Assembly (NCBI GenBank): GCA_000934665.2
Contig: KZ538156.1
Coordinates: 1 to 64,000, forward strand
DNA length: 64,000 nucleotides
Source: Catajapyx aquilonaris
Lineage: Eukaryota
Direction: 5' to 3'
In this document: piece after piece, positions 51,012 to 64,000 of the stretch
Layout: each line of letters starts with the position of its first letter
How positions within the stretch are numbered: the first letter of the stretch is position 1
Position numbers and translations under genes: made by a program
The notes under the pieces: generated by a model
Database searches by the model: none
What the model was told of the DNA's origin: nothing
What the model saw: the letters and a program-made list of their open reading frames with translations, nothing else

Positions 51012-51734
51012 TTACAGTGTACGTAAATCGCTGATTATACCCGATGTAACGTATTGCGCAAGTCTGAAGACACGATGCATGGCATTACGCAATTGGCGCT
51101 GCTTCCCAAACCGTTGCTTCCTCCAAACAATGACATTACCATTACCATATACTGTAGCTCTCCAGGCCGTTGCATTCGCGATTTTACGCACCCTCCTGTT
51201 TGACCGGGAGAAAGCAATCAAGATATCTTAACCAAGAGCGAGCTATATTGAACTTGTTTGGTCTATTAATCAAGCATACAGCCATTCCGCAACTAAAGCA
51301 CCAGCTTTGCCTTTGGAGGTTGAGACTGGGGAAGTTTTTTGAATGCATGGTGACTCCGCAGGTGAGCAGGTGAAGATTGGTCCAATGAGGCGGAGGAAAA
51401 ATTAGCAGCATTAAGAAGGATGGGATGTTGACCTCAACCTATTGGTTGCGGACCTTTTCATGCGTGCCGTACACCTGTAAGCCCAGGAGGGTAACCCCTA
51501 GGTGATAACGCAGTCCATTACCGCGCTACTGGGGCGGAATAGCTCTTTTTGTGTGTACGGAACTAGCTTTTACGTGGCAAATCGAGCAAGAAATGCGCTA
51601 GGCCATCTTTGGTCCGTGCCTGTAGGCCTGAGTTCTAAGAAAAACCGCGTCTTTGGGGAGGTAGGCAGGTGCAAGCAAGTCTAAGCTTTGTAACTGAGCA
51701 GTGACCAGTGACCATATTAATTAACATCGGGTCT

Positions 51735-52035
51735 AATCAAAATGGCCGCCATATAGCACAATCCGGCAGCCATTTTGATTAATATTGGTGTCAAAATGGC
51801 CGCCTTATCATATTGGGATTAATCAAAATGGCTACCGGATCGTGCTGCCATTTTGATTCATAATATAGACAAATGGTCGCCATAGCACGATTAGACATCC
51901 ATTTTAATTAATGGTGGAAATAATCAAAATGGCTGCCGGATCGGCCATTTTGATTCATATTGGACACAAAATGGCTGCCAACAGCACTCTCAGGCGTCCA
52001 TTTCAGATAATGAAATTAATCAAAATGGTCGCCCA
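51735..52035. repeat. Degenerate array of alternating CAAAATGG(C/T) / GCCATTTTG motifs
   Basis: About 12 copies in both orientations within ~300 bp. Confidence 0.85.
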
Positions 52036-55000
52036 ATGGAGAGAGTAGACATGCCAACTATTACAAGTCGCAATCTCATCTGATATAATCTGCTAAACCG
52101 AGGAGTGAGCAGCAGGTGACAGTGAGCATCAGCTAATCGAGCGTCACCCTGACGGGCGGCCATTTTAGATGCGGTCTAGGCCCAGGAAACCGCTCCAATC
52201 TGGTCCTGGAATTAGCAGGTGCAGGAGCATTATGAAGAATGGTAAAAATGGTTCGGAAGGTGAGGGATCCCTAAAAGCAGTAGCCTGTGTCGGCTCGTGC
52301 CACCTGGTCGTCCTGGCTCGTGGCCCCCTCAGCCTCTCGCAACAAATGACTGATAGAGCGCAGAGGTGGAAGGTAGGTGAGGTGGTGGATGGTAAGAAGT
52401 GGGGGGGTTGAAATGATGGCGTGGGTTTGTGGGTGGGTTGCAAAGGTAGGCACCCGCAGGCTACAAGAGATGGCATGAAGGCCACCAGTGGTAATATGCT
52501 CTCATCCGTTCCGGCTCCTTACGACGCACCAAGGAGGAGCTAACGAGGCGTGCTTCCCCCAGGAAACTAACTCAGTTAGGCCACGTGCGCCCGGATTTGG
52601 GCACCAAGGGACGAAGGTCAACACAGGAGAAGATGGCAGGCTACTGCTCCTTTGAGGAAGGCAGCAGCAGGTGCTCCGGATGTGATGACTTACCCAAGCC
52701 GGGCGTATCCACGGTCATTTTCTGTAGAGGGTGCCCCCTTCCGGAAGAACCGTTTGTGATGCACGTCGGATGACCTCGACTGTCAGAGAGGGCGCAAGAA
52801 TTTTTGTACTGATTTTCAGCGCGGTGGTACGTCACACATGAGAGTCAACGTCCCTCGTCTTTGCTGGTCTTCACGTATAACTTGTGAAGCAGTGTGTTTA
52901 GGAAATGGAAGCTGCTTGTTCGTCTCATAGAAAAGTTGTCGGTCAGTTGAAGATCTGAAATGCATAACAATCAGACAGCAAATGTGTATGATATTATCAC
53001 AACCAGGCTATCTTCTTCGGTACCGTACGAATCCTTCAGAAAACATGGATTTCAGATTTAGTGAGTCTTTACATGGCCCAGGTGACTTTATCCAATGGGA
53101 GGTGGACCCGAGGTGAAAATGTTCCATATATTGAGCACTATTGAGTTGATGCCTGTAAAACCAGGAATTAACACACTTTTGACAAAATGATAGGATGGTT
53201 TTGATTATGACCTACATAGCTGTAATTTTCCATTAAAAATTTGTAATACACATTTTTTGAACCCAAATTGATTGTTGCGCCGCCGCACAGAAACAGACAG
53301 GTGTATGTGACATTGCAGACTCTTTGTCCATGCAATGTGTAGTGTCATTGCTCAAATCCCTTTTTCTCACCAATGCAATGGGCAGGTGCGCTTTTCTTGA
53401 GAAACAATACCGAATCGGTAAAAAAAGGAGAGGCGATGTAGGCATCGGTTTCTTCACAGTTTCGCGTGTCCAATGTCGCATCCAGGCAGAAATGTCCTAT
53501 ACTACTTCTTTATATATATATTTTTTCTAACTTCAAGCCGTTTGAAGTGCGTGAGGGTTCGTCTATACATGAGCTGACTAATGACAAGAGAAGAAAACCA
53601 ATGGTGACAATTTCAAAGCCAAATACCCTTTTGTTGTACGTGCAAAGGCAGGGAGCTCCTTTCTTTGCCCAGCAGCAGCTTCTTTGTGGTCACTTCTTTA
53701 ATGTTTGGGCCGCGGATAGAAGCACAAGCAAGCACCTGCTCAGGTCTTCAGAGCGTTTCAAATGGGAACCATGGATGAAATACCGCCCACGAATCGCAAA
53801 AATTTTATTCATGCGCTGCAAATTGTTTGTTATTCTTTTGCAGCACCCAGCATTCTGCGTGAGTTCTTCGCCATTCTATTTCACACGTTTGTTATGTGCA
53901 TATAATGGCTTGGGGGGAGATGCTTGAGATTGTATGCAGCGTGAAATATTTCAATTACTTGGGGGGTCAGTTTAGTGTGTGAAAAACGTAATGAAAATTG
54001 ATGTTTCGTTTTAGGTTCTTCCTGTCAAATTTTTGAGGCATTCTGACCGGTCGATTCTCTGGTACAATTTTAGCTAGTTTTCAGGGCCTTCAATTGTTGA
54101 AATTGTTTCGCAATATCCCAGCAAAAAAAATCGGTAACGGCGGATATTGTCCAGGATCTGTGGATTATTATCTGGATTCGCAAAAAAAAAAAGTTATAGA
54201 AATGATATAGATGGCAGCCACTGGAAATTTTCTCTTGGCCCTGAATGACAGACTGCACCAGGCACAATATAATATATCTCTGCGGAAACAAGGGATCATA
54301 CATTACAATCGATTTGCCAGAAGGTCGAAAAATTTCGCCAGAAAAAATATTAATACGAGAGACATAAATAGTTTTTGTGTCTAGGTTGAACGAACGGAGC
54401 ATGGCTAAAAATAATAAAAAAACGTGGTCAATCCGTGTGCAAAAGCCATTTTTTTCGGTGTACAGGTCAGAACTACAGAAAAAAATATGGCCAATATGTG
54501 ATGTGGTAACCACTTTATCAAGCCAACATAATTGACGATGACATTTCACGTGTACTGTTCAAATGTTTGCATTGAATTAACCCTATAAAACGGAATTTCA
54601 AACGCAAAAAAAAAATGTGACCTGTACTTTTTCATGTTGACGACTTGTTTGCACAAACTGTTGGCGTTTATCCGCCGGTCGAGTAATGTAGTTCTAAAAA
54701 TTTACATACAGTTAGTAGAAGGATTTGGCTTCCTGACACCGCCAGGTAGCCGCCACAAAAAAAAAGCAACAACCGAATTTCAAGTGGCTCGCGGATGTCT
54801 TTGCCACCTCTGCAATGCTAATTACGTATGCATGTCGGATACAGTCTGTTATTGACACCTCTCCGGAGAAGATGGCATACACAGGATTCTTGCCATTTAA
54901 TCTTGGACCACTGTTGAGCCAAATAAGGTCTTGCACCATCGAGCGTTTGAAGTGATTTTTTTTAAACAACTATAGTGTTGGGAAGGAAATCAGTAGATGG

Positions 55001-57764
55001 CGCACGCTGCTTCTGTCCGAAATCAGCGGCACGACATGACGGATGCCCTTTTTTTGTATGCACATCAGGCTTAACGAAAGAGTTGACATAGCAACAAAAA
55101 TATTAATTATGCAGTTAGCACTCTTTTCAAAAAAAATATTTTGGGTAATAATAATGACCAAGACGTGCAACACGTACAAACGGAAATTATTAAATTGCCT
55201 ATTGTCCACAATCCTGCGTAATTACTTGCACATTGTTGGTAGCTTGAACGGCGTGACTTATCACCACATTTTGGCCCAAAAACTGCGCAGTAATGATGTA
55301 GACACTTCTCAGCTCGTGTGGAAATTTCGCATGTTAATTTTTGCGAAATACCACGGATTTATTCGTCTTTTTTATACTTTTTAATTCTCTTTTTTTGTTG
55401 TTGTTGAGAGAGACGTGGAGATAAGGTGTAAAAGGGGGTCGTCGCTTAGATATATGCAAAGGCATGAGAGGGTTAGTCCGTCTCCTGGTTGGGTGGAGGC
55501 GCGAGATGGCTATCACCCTTCATTTCCTCCGATGGCGTCGACGCCATTTTAATTAAATTTCATTACCAGCTTCCTGTTGCTGCCTTTGCTTTCTTTGCTT
55601 GCTCGGCCTACACCCCGCCTCGCTTCCGCCCAAAAACTGCTGATGGTCTCTACCTGACCGCGATTTGCTGGAGGAAGACATGTCCTCTCTTATACAAGAG
55701 CATACTTTGTCACAGGATATTACGTCACAAACCAGCAGGACAAGTAGCTAGCACATGCTCGTAAAATCTGCGAGGAAAAAAAACACCGATTTAATACACA
55801 CATACGTGCATGGTGCATAAACATGATAGATTATAGTATATATTTAAAAAAACAAGACAAAATAAACTATACAATCATTGTTGAAGCCATAGAAACCAGT
55901 TGCCATGAAACCTGCCCTTTGCCATGGTAACCAAACATGGACAAACTAACTAATAATTAACTTCGCCATTACCCATCTATAATATTAAAATCCTTGCGGG
56001 AGTTGGCCTAGCCCTCTGATTGGTCCGCCGCATATTGTTACCGCCACCTCCCCATTGGCCCGCGTTCTACTCATGCGCAATCGGGGTGTAAACAACTCCT
56101 GTTGGGTTGCCGGGGAAACTGTCCATTCCCCGGCGATATGGTGCGCCGAATAGGTACCCCAGGCCGTAGGCCTAGAAAAGAGCGAGCGAAGCGAGTGGTT
56201 TGCAAGCGTTTTCCTATCAAGTATGAAATGAATATAAAAATATGTATAAAATTGGGATGAAATGAGTATGAAATGTGTGAATTCTGGTCAAACAAACCAA
56301 ACTTTGCCTTTTATAGGCCTATAATAATAGAGATGGTAATGACCGCATGTTACCATTGGTTTTATTTCATTACATCCGCATTAAAAGGCACAAATTACCA
56401 TAATTTCATGTGCTTTTTTTTTGAATGAAAGTCGAAAAAAAACGCTAAAAATCTGAACCTCCTAGAAATTCCACGGATGATAAGCATGCATTGCGCACAT
56501 CTGTTTGGCTAAAAACTTTGTGCGGTCCTCACACACACACAAAAAAAAGCGTTGTGCGTGATGCCAGGTCTTGCATACAAAACCTGTTATTACAGGACAT
56601 GACTACCGAATAAGGGGAGGGAGGTTATTCTTAAACATCGGTGGTAAGTCTGCCATTGGTCAGCGACACAGGATGTGCAGAAGGTTTTGCGGAAACTCCC
56701 CACAGTCCAGCAGGAGATGGAGACTTAAAATTGTGCAAAAAAAAAGAGAGAGAGGCCAAGCTATGGCTTTGAATTATTCCAAGCAAAAGTTTTGTGCGGT
56801 TTGGTTCAATTTAAACTCAAATTTTGCATTAAAAAAGTGCTAATATTGAATTTTGCAGCCCTTTTCAGAATGGCAATATTTCCTAATCAACTTCAGACGT
56901 ACCGTCGCTGTATATGAACAGAACATTTGTTAGAACAACTCGGAAGTCCAAAATTCTGGTGGTCCAAAAAAGGGGTTTATTAGAAAATTGCTTCAATTAA
57001 CCTAGGCCACCACGAAGAACCGACTACTCGTTTTAGGTTATATGGCAGGTAAGGATGAGGGACATTTTCTGCAATCTTCAAGCACTTGTCGAGGGCACAA
57101 AAATGGCTTCATTTTCTCTCTTCGACCGCAGATTTTATTGGTGTTGTGTTGTAAAGAAAATCGCGCGCTCAAAAGCTTCAAAAAGTGGCTAACGGTAGAG
57201 CTGTAACTGCAAAAATAGAGCACTCCACAATCATATATGAATAGGAGAGCCTTTCTGAGGGTGTGGGTGCTGTATAGGGGTTGGTGGAGAAGAATAAAAC
57301 TACTATGCAATACGTACTTTTGTTCACACCGGTCGCACGCAACCTAAATGCTCATGGAGACGTAAAAGGCGCAAGCTCGCAAACTGTCATAATCGCCACC
57401 TCTTATTGTATGGATTATTCTTCTACTGTGGTCAAAGGTGTAACTGTTATCCGCCACAATCTCCGGCGGTTTTTATTCATCGCGCACATTATCATTGCGA
57501 TGTCACATTGAGTTAGCGGCTCAATGGGGCTGGTGATTATATTCCAAAAGGAGCAAACCGGAGTACATTATTTTTGACGTCTGAAAAAATTATTATAAAA
57601 TAAAAATAAAGGTAAAACATTATGCAGTTCACTCAGGATTTAACAGGGTTCAAGGGACGGCGGAAAAAGTACGTTACAACCGAACCGAGGTCTGTTATAG
57701 ACGAGAGGATGTTACATCCGGAGTCAACTGTTAAGATAACAAGAAATGGCACAACGGGGGCCTA

Positions 57765-57844
57765 TCGGTCATACAACGAAGAGGATTTTAATATTTGATT
57801 CTTTTATTATTTGAAATAATAAAAGTCCTTCGTTGTATGACCGA
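57765..57844. repeat. Inverted repeat
   Basis: tcggtcatacaacgaag ... cttcgttgtatgaccga, with an inner cttttattattt/aaataataaaag hairpin. Confidence 0.8.
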
Positions 57845-58667
57845 GGCTTCCTATTAGCCTCAGTTCTACGCCTGCGCAATGGGGGAGGCAGCGCCTCTGG
57901 TGGGTGGGAGGATGAACTAGTAACTAATGTCTATATAAGAAAGACACCTCTGGTGCAATCACCATTATAAAAAAAGCTAACATGCAAAATAAATTTTGTT
58001 TAAATTTTGCAACTATAGCATCGCTGCATTTGCTATATTTGTTTATTCTCGTTTCTCAATAAATTTATAATAATTTAATGTAACTCAAAATGGACTATGC
58101 TATAAGCATGATCATTTGCACTATTAGCATTTAAAGCTCATCATAATATTTCTCACTAGATATTGATGTCGGTAAGATGTAAAGAATGAAATCCAATTGC
58201 TCTCTAGTAATGACAGAGTTCATAGAGAAATTTGTCCTGATCTTTTTTTTTTCGTGTGTCGGACAAACCGAATTTAGTAACACCAAATGACATGGTCAGG
58301 CCGAGTAGGTCATGCCTTCTAAAAAAAATGAGGGCAGTCCGCAGGTGCAAAGAAACCACACAAGAATTATCACCAAAAGGAGCAGCTGCTGCTTCTTGGC
58401 GGTGACACTCTTTGGTAGAGATTAGGTGATGAGTTCTGATTGCTCTCTTGCGGTCATCGGAAAAGTCGGCTTCCCAATGAGATGACTGCAGCAGCGGTCG
58501 GAAGAGAAAAAGGTGAGCTTGCAATTACCACCAAGGAACCCATACCATACCCATCACCTGCTCTTAGGCACTGTGCTTTTGTGGTCGGGTCAGTCATATA
58601 AGGGGCTTGTAAAAGAGGTGGATGTGTGTTGTCCAACCACAAGAAGAAGGTTGGTGGGGGGGGGGGG

Positions 58668-58896
58668 NNNNNNNNNNNNNNNNNNNNNNNNNNNNNNNNN
58701 NNNNNNNNNNNNNNNNNNNNNNNNNNNNNNNNNNNNNNNNNNNNNNNNNNNNNNNNNNNNNNNNNNNNNNNNNNNNNNNNNNNNNNNNNNNNNNNNNNNN
58801 NNNNNNNNNNNNNNNNNNNNNNNNNNNNNNNNNNNNNNNNNNNNNNNNNNNNNNNNNNNNNNNNNNNNNNNNNNNNNNNNNNNNNNNNNNNNNNNN
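58668..58896. other. Assembly gap (N run) flanked by poly-G
   Basis: Run of N bases with G tracts on both sides. Confidence 0.99.
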
Positions 58897-58982
58897 GGGG
58901 GGGGGGTTATCCGTGCATCGCCTTAATAAAATAAAATAAAAGTGGAAACAAAATGTCAATTTGTCTCGCAAACAAAGATATA

Positions 58983-59184
58983 TAAGGTGAAGTAGGGTAA
59001 GTGCATACACGGGCCGCCATATTGGAATTAAAATGGCTGACGACACCAAAACGCATCAGGCACTCTTCGTGTAGCTGCACATAACATCCCCGGACGCGTT
59101 TTGGTGTCGTCAGCCATTTTCATTCCAATATGGCGGCCCATTTATGCACTTACCCCGTGTATGCACTTACCCCACTTCACTTTA
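58983..59184. mobile_element. MITE with long TIRs and an internal fold-back
   Basis: Ends taaggtgaagtagggtaagtgcatacacggg / cccgtgtatgcacttaccccacttcacttta. Inner arm gggccgccatattggaattaaaatggctgacgacaccaaaacgc pairs with its reverse complement. Confidence 0.8.
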
Positions 59185-59339
59185 ATAGACATTCTACAAG
59201 ACAAACTAAAAATCTATGGTAGTGCTTATTATTTAGATTAAAACTTATTAATGCAGCACACACTATGTACAGTATAGTTCATTAAAAACCTGTAAATAGC
59301 TCATTTTACTGTATCGATAACAATTTTCAGATTATCCGT

Positions 59340-59556
59340 GCTGCGCGAGTGTGGATGTGCATTCGGTTGAGCTCTCTAAAAAATTCGTCTATAACCTGCC
59401 AAATAATTTTTCATCTAGATGACTCCCGATTATCAGGCGACACCAGTGTATTCATTAGCCCAGATAATCGGGAGTCATCTAGATGAAAAATTATTTGGCA
59501 GGTTATAGACGAATATTTAGCGAGCTCAACCGAATGCGCATCCACACTCGCGCAGC
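59340..59556. repeat. Long near-perfect inverted repeat (~95-bp arms, ~28-nt loop)
   Basis: 59340-59434 pairs with 59463-59556 with only a few mismatches and one indel. Confidence 0.93.
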
Positions 59557-62500
59557 TCTACTGATGTGGCAACCACGTTGCAATAGTTACTAATTAATTA
59601 ATACTTTTGTTTTTGCTTTTACTATTATTTCTTATTATGTCACACTCGTAGCCTTTGAGCATTATTGGTAACGTTGCAATTGTCGACCATTTTGTTTTCC
59701 CCCCAACCGTAGCGTTGGAAATAAGTGCCGCGCTGCTTATAACGCTATACAGAGAGCTTATTACTATCAATCATTGATAATTCCAACCATGCAATCTGCG
59801 CGAACTGTGGTGCGCACTCGGTTGCGTTTGTAAAAACATTCCGCTATATACGGACTGGTAATTTGTCCATGTAATATACGCATGCATCAGAGTCGCAGCA
59901 TCTAAAATTAATAGACAGGTTTTTAGCGTGTGCCGGGCGTAAGGTAGGGGGCTTCTAATTAAGGGCTCCCGGGCTGCTGCAGATGAGCAACTGTCCCTTT
60001 GCCAACTGGTTTTTCGCGATGACCACAGGCGTGTCGTGAGAGACTCACCAGCACATTTTGTAATTTCGTTCGTCCGGGTCAAACCCTCTGGGGGCAGGTT
60101 GGTGGGATGCTCCAGGTAAAAAAAAAAAAATGTTATACGGTATATATGAGAGTACCGACTGGGCAACTAGGGAAATTTTTTTTAAGAGCAGAGGACCGTC
60201 GCGTTTGATCGTTCTGGGTAAGAGAAAATTTGCAAACCGTGTGATGTGGGGAAGGACACCCCGTCCTTTTGGGCTGGATAATTGCACTTGGTTTTTGCAA
60301 AATGCGGCCAGGTAATCTTTTTAGCCCCGTTGGAAATTTATGGGAGGAAGCTGCGGGCAAGCTGGGAATGTACACCTAACTGTTAGTGCTCTATGTTCAT
60401 CTTAACCCATATAGTGTCCTACTAGCGCAAATGTCTGTGTTCATAAAAATTGTAATTGAGTCGACATTGTGACGTCATCCTAATTGGTCGGATGCTGCAC
60501 GTAATCTGCAAATTTGACTGTCAAGCTCGTTGACCCTCTGCATCCCGGAGTAGTGTTCTCTCTCTAGCTCTCTAAAAAAAGTAATTCGGAGGGTTAGAAA
60601 AAGTGTAGGATTTGCGTGTGTTGTCCGTAGCGTCTCCGGAAGAGAGGGAGGCTCCGATGACCCTAACCGGATGTGTCAATCTCGGTGCGCAAGGCAATTG
60701 CGCCTTTTCCCTACAGGTGACCCCACCCTTACCCAACTCTGTAACCTGCTTCTTTTTTTTCTTCTTCTTCCTTCAAGGACCATCATAATCCATATTACGG
60801 TTTGTTGTGCGACACTGCCTTGTTTGATCAGCTTACCCAACCCTGAATTGTTTTGTTGCAAACTAGATTCAAAGGGGGGAAAACCAATTTGGTCCATTGT
60901 TGTTCCGGGATGGTCTTTTTTGGACCGCTTCGTTGATCCAGATGGTTACTGTCTATCATTTTGAAGAAAAAGAGGAAGAAATGTGCCCCTCCTCTTTTCC
61001 TCTTCTGTTTTTTTTTTTTGGGTCGAGAGCCTTTCCTCTTTTTTCTTCTAAAGGACATTTCAGTTTGTGTACCTGTCCTGGAGGTCAGTCACCCGATTGC
61101 AGTTTCCGTGTCCGATGGCTATCCGCAAGGATGCTGACTGCTGCTGTTAAGACCGATGGCCTTAAAATTAATTCAACACTTAAGGGCAGAGCGGTTAGAT
61201 GTTATTGTGGACTGTTATTCAACAGAAAAAAATAGTGACCTGCTTACTTTTATGACTTTTTTGCGCCACAAAACTTGCAACAATTGTCCAATATTTTATT
61301 TCCTCGACGTCACGATTTCCATTTTGGAAGAATCAACAACCCGATTGAATAGAGACGGGCTGTCAACGTACCGGCGGTATTTCCACCCTTTGTGTTCTCC
61401 ACCTCGGTATGACAGCATATACGTGCATTGAGTCAAACCATCGCGTGAACGCAATGTCCTTCCTCATATTATGCATGAGTCAACCCCTGGAGGCAATTAA
61501 TCTCAGTAAGGGTCGTTTTTAACAGCAGTGGCCTTTAACTCGACATTATAAATATTTCCAGGATAGTATAGCTGTAGACTCGAGGTATATCCTTCTTCAG
61601 GGCGTTGCACGGGTACTATTACTGGTATATGAAACCGCCCTTGGTCTGTTATATATACAGCCCAGTCGCTCCTTCATTGAAGAGGAAGGGGGGCTCGCTG
61701 CCATGGCCATCGTCATCAGACAGCGGAAGGAAGCCATTCCTCAACTTCCCCAACTCCACCTCCACCACCACTAGTTTTATCAGCAGGTGCAAAATTTGCT
61801 GCAAGACGCCGAAGGGAGGATTTGCCCATGACGTCTTTATATAACGAGTTGCAACTGCGACTTGAGAATAAGCTGCTATTAAGATCGAATTGAAGCTGTT
61901 CTATAACTGCTTGGGATTTGGGTCCATCGGCTCGTTTGAATCAGTTCGACCTTCAAAGGACGCCAGAACTTTTAGGGATTAGCTAGAATAAAAAATTATG
62001 TTCAGAAGCCTTCCCACCAGCAGTGTTATTTCCCAGGCTTCTGTCAAATTCCGTCAGGGGGGCGAAAAAGGGACACTGGCCGGAAGTGGTGGAGGTGGAA
62101 TATCCTCCCCAATAAAAAAAGTACAGTTTCATTGACCTTAATCGATGTGTCATCTAAGGTCAAAGTATTGGTGCAGTCGGATGGTCCTCTTGGTCAATTT
62201 TTTTTTTAAAGTACCTATATAGGCTGATATTATGCAGTTCTTTCTTTCTAAACAGCATGCATATAGAAGTGGCTAGGCGTGACTTTGTCCATACACGCGG
62301 TGTATAATCACCTAGGTGCATGTAGTTATCATAGTCAGCACTTGGAAGATGCGCACCATCTGGTTGTGGCATATCGCACTATTTCCAAATAAGTGGGCGG
62401 AGAGTGCGCCTTCCTTCGGAGGGGAAGTAAAGCCGTCGGTCCCGTGTGCTTGTGACATTGCGCGAGTGCACGTTAAAGATCCCCAGAGTGGCCAAATTTC

Positions 62501-62632
62501 CAGGAGGAGGAGGACCACCCCCTGGCGTCGGTGTTGAGCCTTAGAGGCAGAAATAGGCCGACGTTAAGCCCGACTGAACCCTGAACCCAGGATAGAGCAA
62601 CTGGTTCACTCCTATAGGTGATTTTTTTTACT

Positions 62633-62832
62633 GGCGCAACCGACTGCGCACCTACACTTGCGCAAGCCCATTTTTCCGACAACAACACTGCCACAGTTAC
62701 TCCTCAGTGGCCATGTTCACACTGGTAGCCTCTAAGGTTCGTTCCAGAGACTTGGCAACGGCCCAATAGTCGGCCATATTGTTATCTCCTCAAGCCTAGT
62801 TGCGCGAACTGTGTTGCGCACTCGGTTGCGCT
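62633..62832. mobile_element. Small MITE-like element from a dispersed family
   Basis: Ends gcgcaaccgactgcgcac...ttgcgcaa / ttgcgcgaactgtgttgcgcactcggttgcgc. The same motif recurs at ~59798-59826 and, inverted, at ~40085-40111. Confidence 0.6.
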
Positions 62833-64000
62833 CATAATTTTTAAATCCCTAAATAAATCCGGAAAAAATGGTCGAAACTGTCCGCGATGAAGTAACGTAT
62901 TTCTAGCCAACATAATTACTCTAATCACTGACTTTAAAAAAAAAAATCCCAATTAATAACCGCGACAACCGGATGTTGCTCGGTGGACCGCACCGGTACC
63001 ATACTGGACGCCCAAAATTTTTCTGTAGCTCCCCCTGCATTGTTATTAGCGTCAGAACCTCTTTGTGGAAATTATTACTTGACACTGAAAGTACTTTATT
63101 GTGTGCTGTGAGGAAATGCGGGGGATGGTGGTGGGGGTGGGTGGTCGGTGGTGGGGGGAGGAGGACGTTGGAAAGGGAGGACCGACGCTATAAAAGAGTA
63201 TAATTAGGGGTTGATGCCTTGGGAGCTACCAGGAAAGTGGTGGGGAGGCCGGATGTGGGCACCTGACTCTTCCAAAAAAAAAAAAAAAAGTTCAAAAAAA
63301 TTTACCCCCCCCCCCCCCTTCCCCATACATACCCCCTTCCATCGTTGGTGGGAAGTTAAATTCGTCCAGGTTGAATTTTTTGAGGAGAAGTCAAAGGATG
63401 CTGCGATTCTTGACAAAATTAGTACCAACTATACCAAGCCCCCTCTGTTCCCACGAACTACTGTTGGACATTCATTCACATATGTTTGTTTGGTGAGAAT
63501 GGCATTGACATTCTGCTTCGGGGGGGTGGAGGTGTCGTGTGAAACCTTGCTCATGAAACTACAATAAAACTGGCTGCAAAAGAGGGCCAGGTCTGCCGCT
63601 TTGGACGTTTGTAATGAATGAGAACGGACGATTGACATGTGGAAAGTGTGTAATTTGAAAGGTGCTATAATATAATACCGTCGGAGCTGAAAGAAGCCTT
63701 ATTTTTACAGAATACCAGGACGCAAAGTGGCATGTTTTGGAGTTGATTTCGTGTGAAAAAACTGTACTCAGCAGTAACTGATTACAAGTGGTGAAATTAA
63801 GTAATTAGTGATAACTGCGGTTTTAATGTATATTGTTGACCTCTTGTTAGAGCAGTTGGATCTATTAGAATAATTTTATTCAAATTAAATTCATTAATAT
63901 AATGTGGAATAAGGCCATCATAAGGGTCACTGCAAATAAGCAAATCAGTAAATACAGGGTGGTCCAAGTTCAAGTGTCGTTTTATAACGGCGATTAATAG

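Larger units (their letters stand above)
52694..60087 (-). other. Candidate 3' exons of an unidentified minus-strand gene (60087-60049 and 52779-52694, then an acceptor at 52349)
   Basis: On the reverse strand: ccaacctgcccccag|39 nt|gtgagt, ttcttgcgccctctctgacag|86 nt|gtaagt, and a long pyrimidine-rich acceptor ending ctctgcgctctatcag. No protein family recognised. Confidence 0.35.

Noticed and set aside
58513..59049. ORFs spanning the N run
   Set aside because: They are open only because of the assembly gap.
37100..64000. Conserved arthropod miRNAs or snRNAs
   Set aside because: A visual scan for familiar mature miRNA sequences found no convincing match. An Rfam/miRBase search would be needed to exclude them.

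Overview
Eukaryotic genomic DNA, most likely from an arthropod: spliceosomal GT-AG genes, an interstitial (TTAGG)n tract, a BLOC1S2 protein close to the insect form, and many SINEs and MITEs. The species cannot be determined from the window. 0.9-9.4 kb holds a tandem array of small six-exon genes that the ORF track misses. They encode secreted 8-cysteine proteins with an odorant-binding-protein (OBP/PBP-GOBP)-like spacing: two intact copies, one 5'-incomplete copy, one copy with a frameshift and a broken acceptor, plus fragments. Three conserved + strand genes follow: BLOC1S2 (9.8-10.3 kb), a carboxypeptidase E-like M14B peptidase (12.6-17.4 kb) and MELK kinase (21.3-36.7 kb), which has a candidate 6-nt microexon. 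37-64 kb contains no recognisable conserved protein domain. It has minisatellites, many fold-back elements, motif clusters, and weak evidence for the 3' exons of a minus-strand gene entering from beyond the window. All gene models were spliced by hand and no database search was run.
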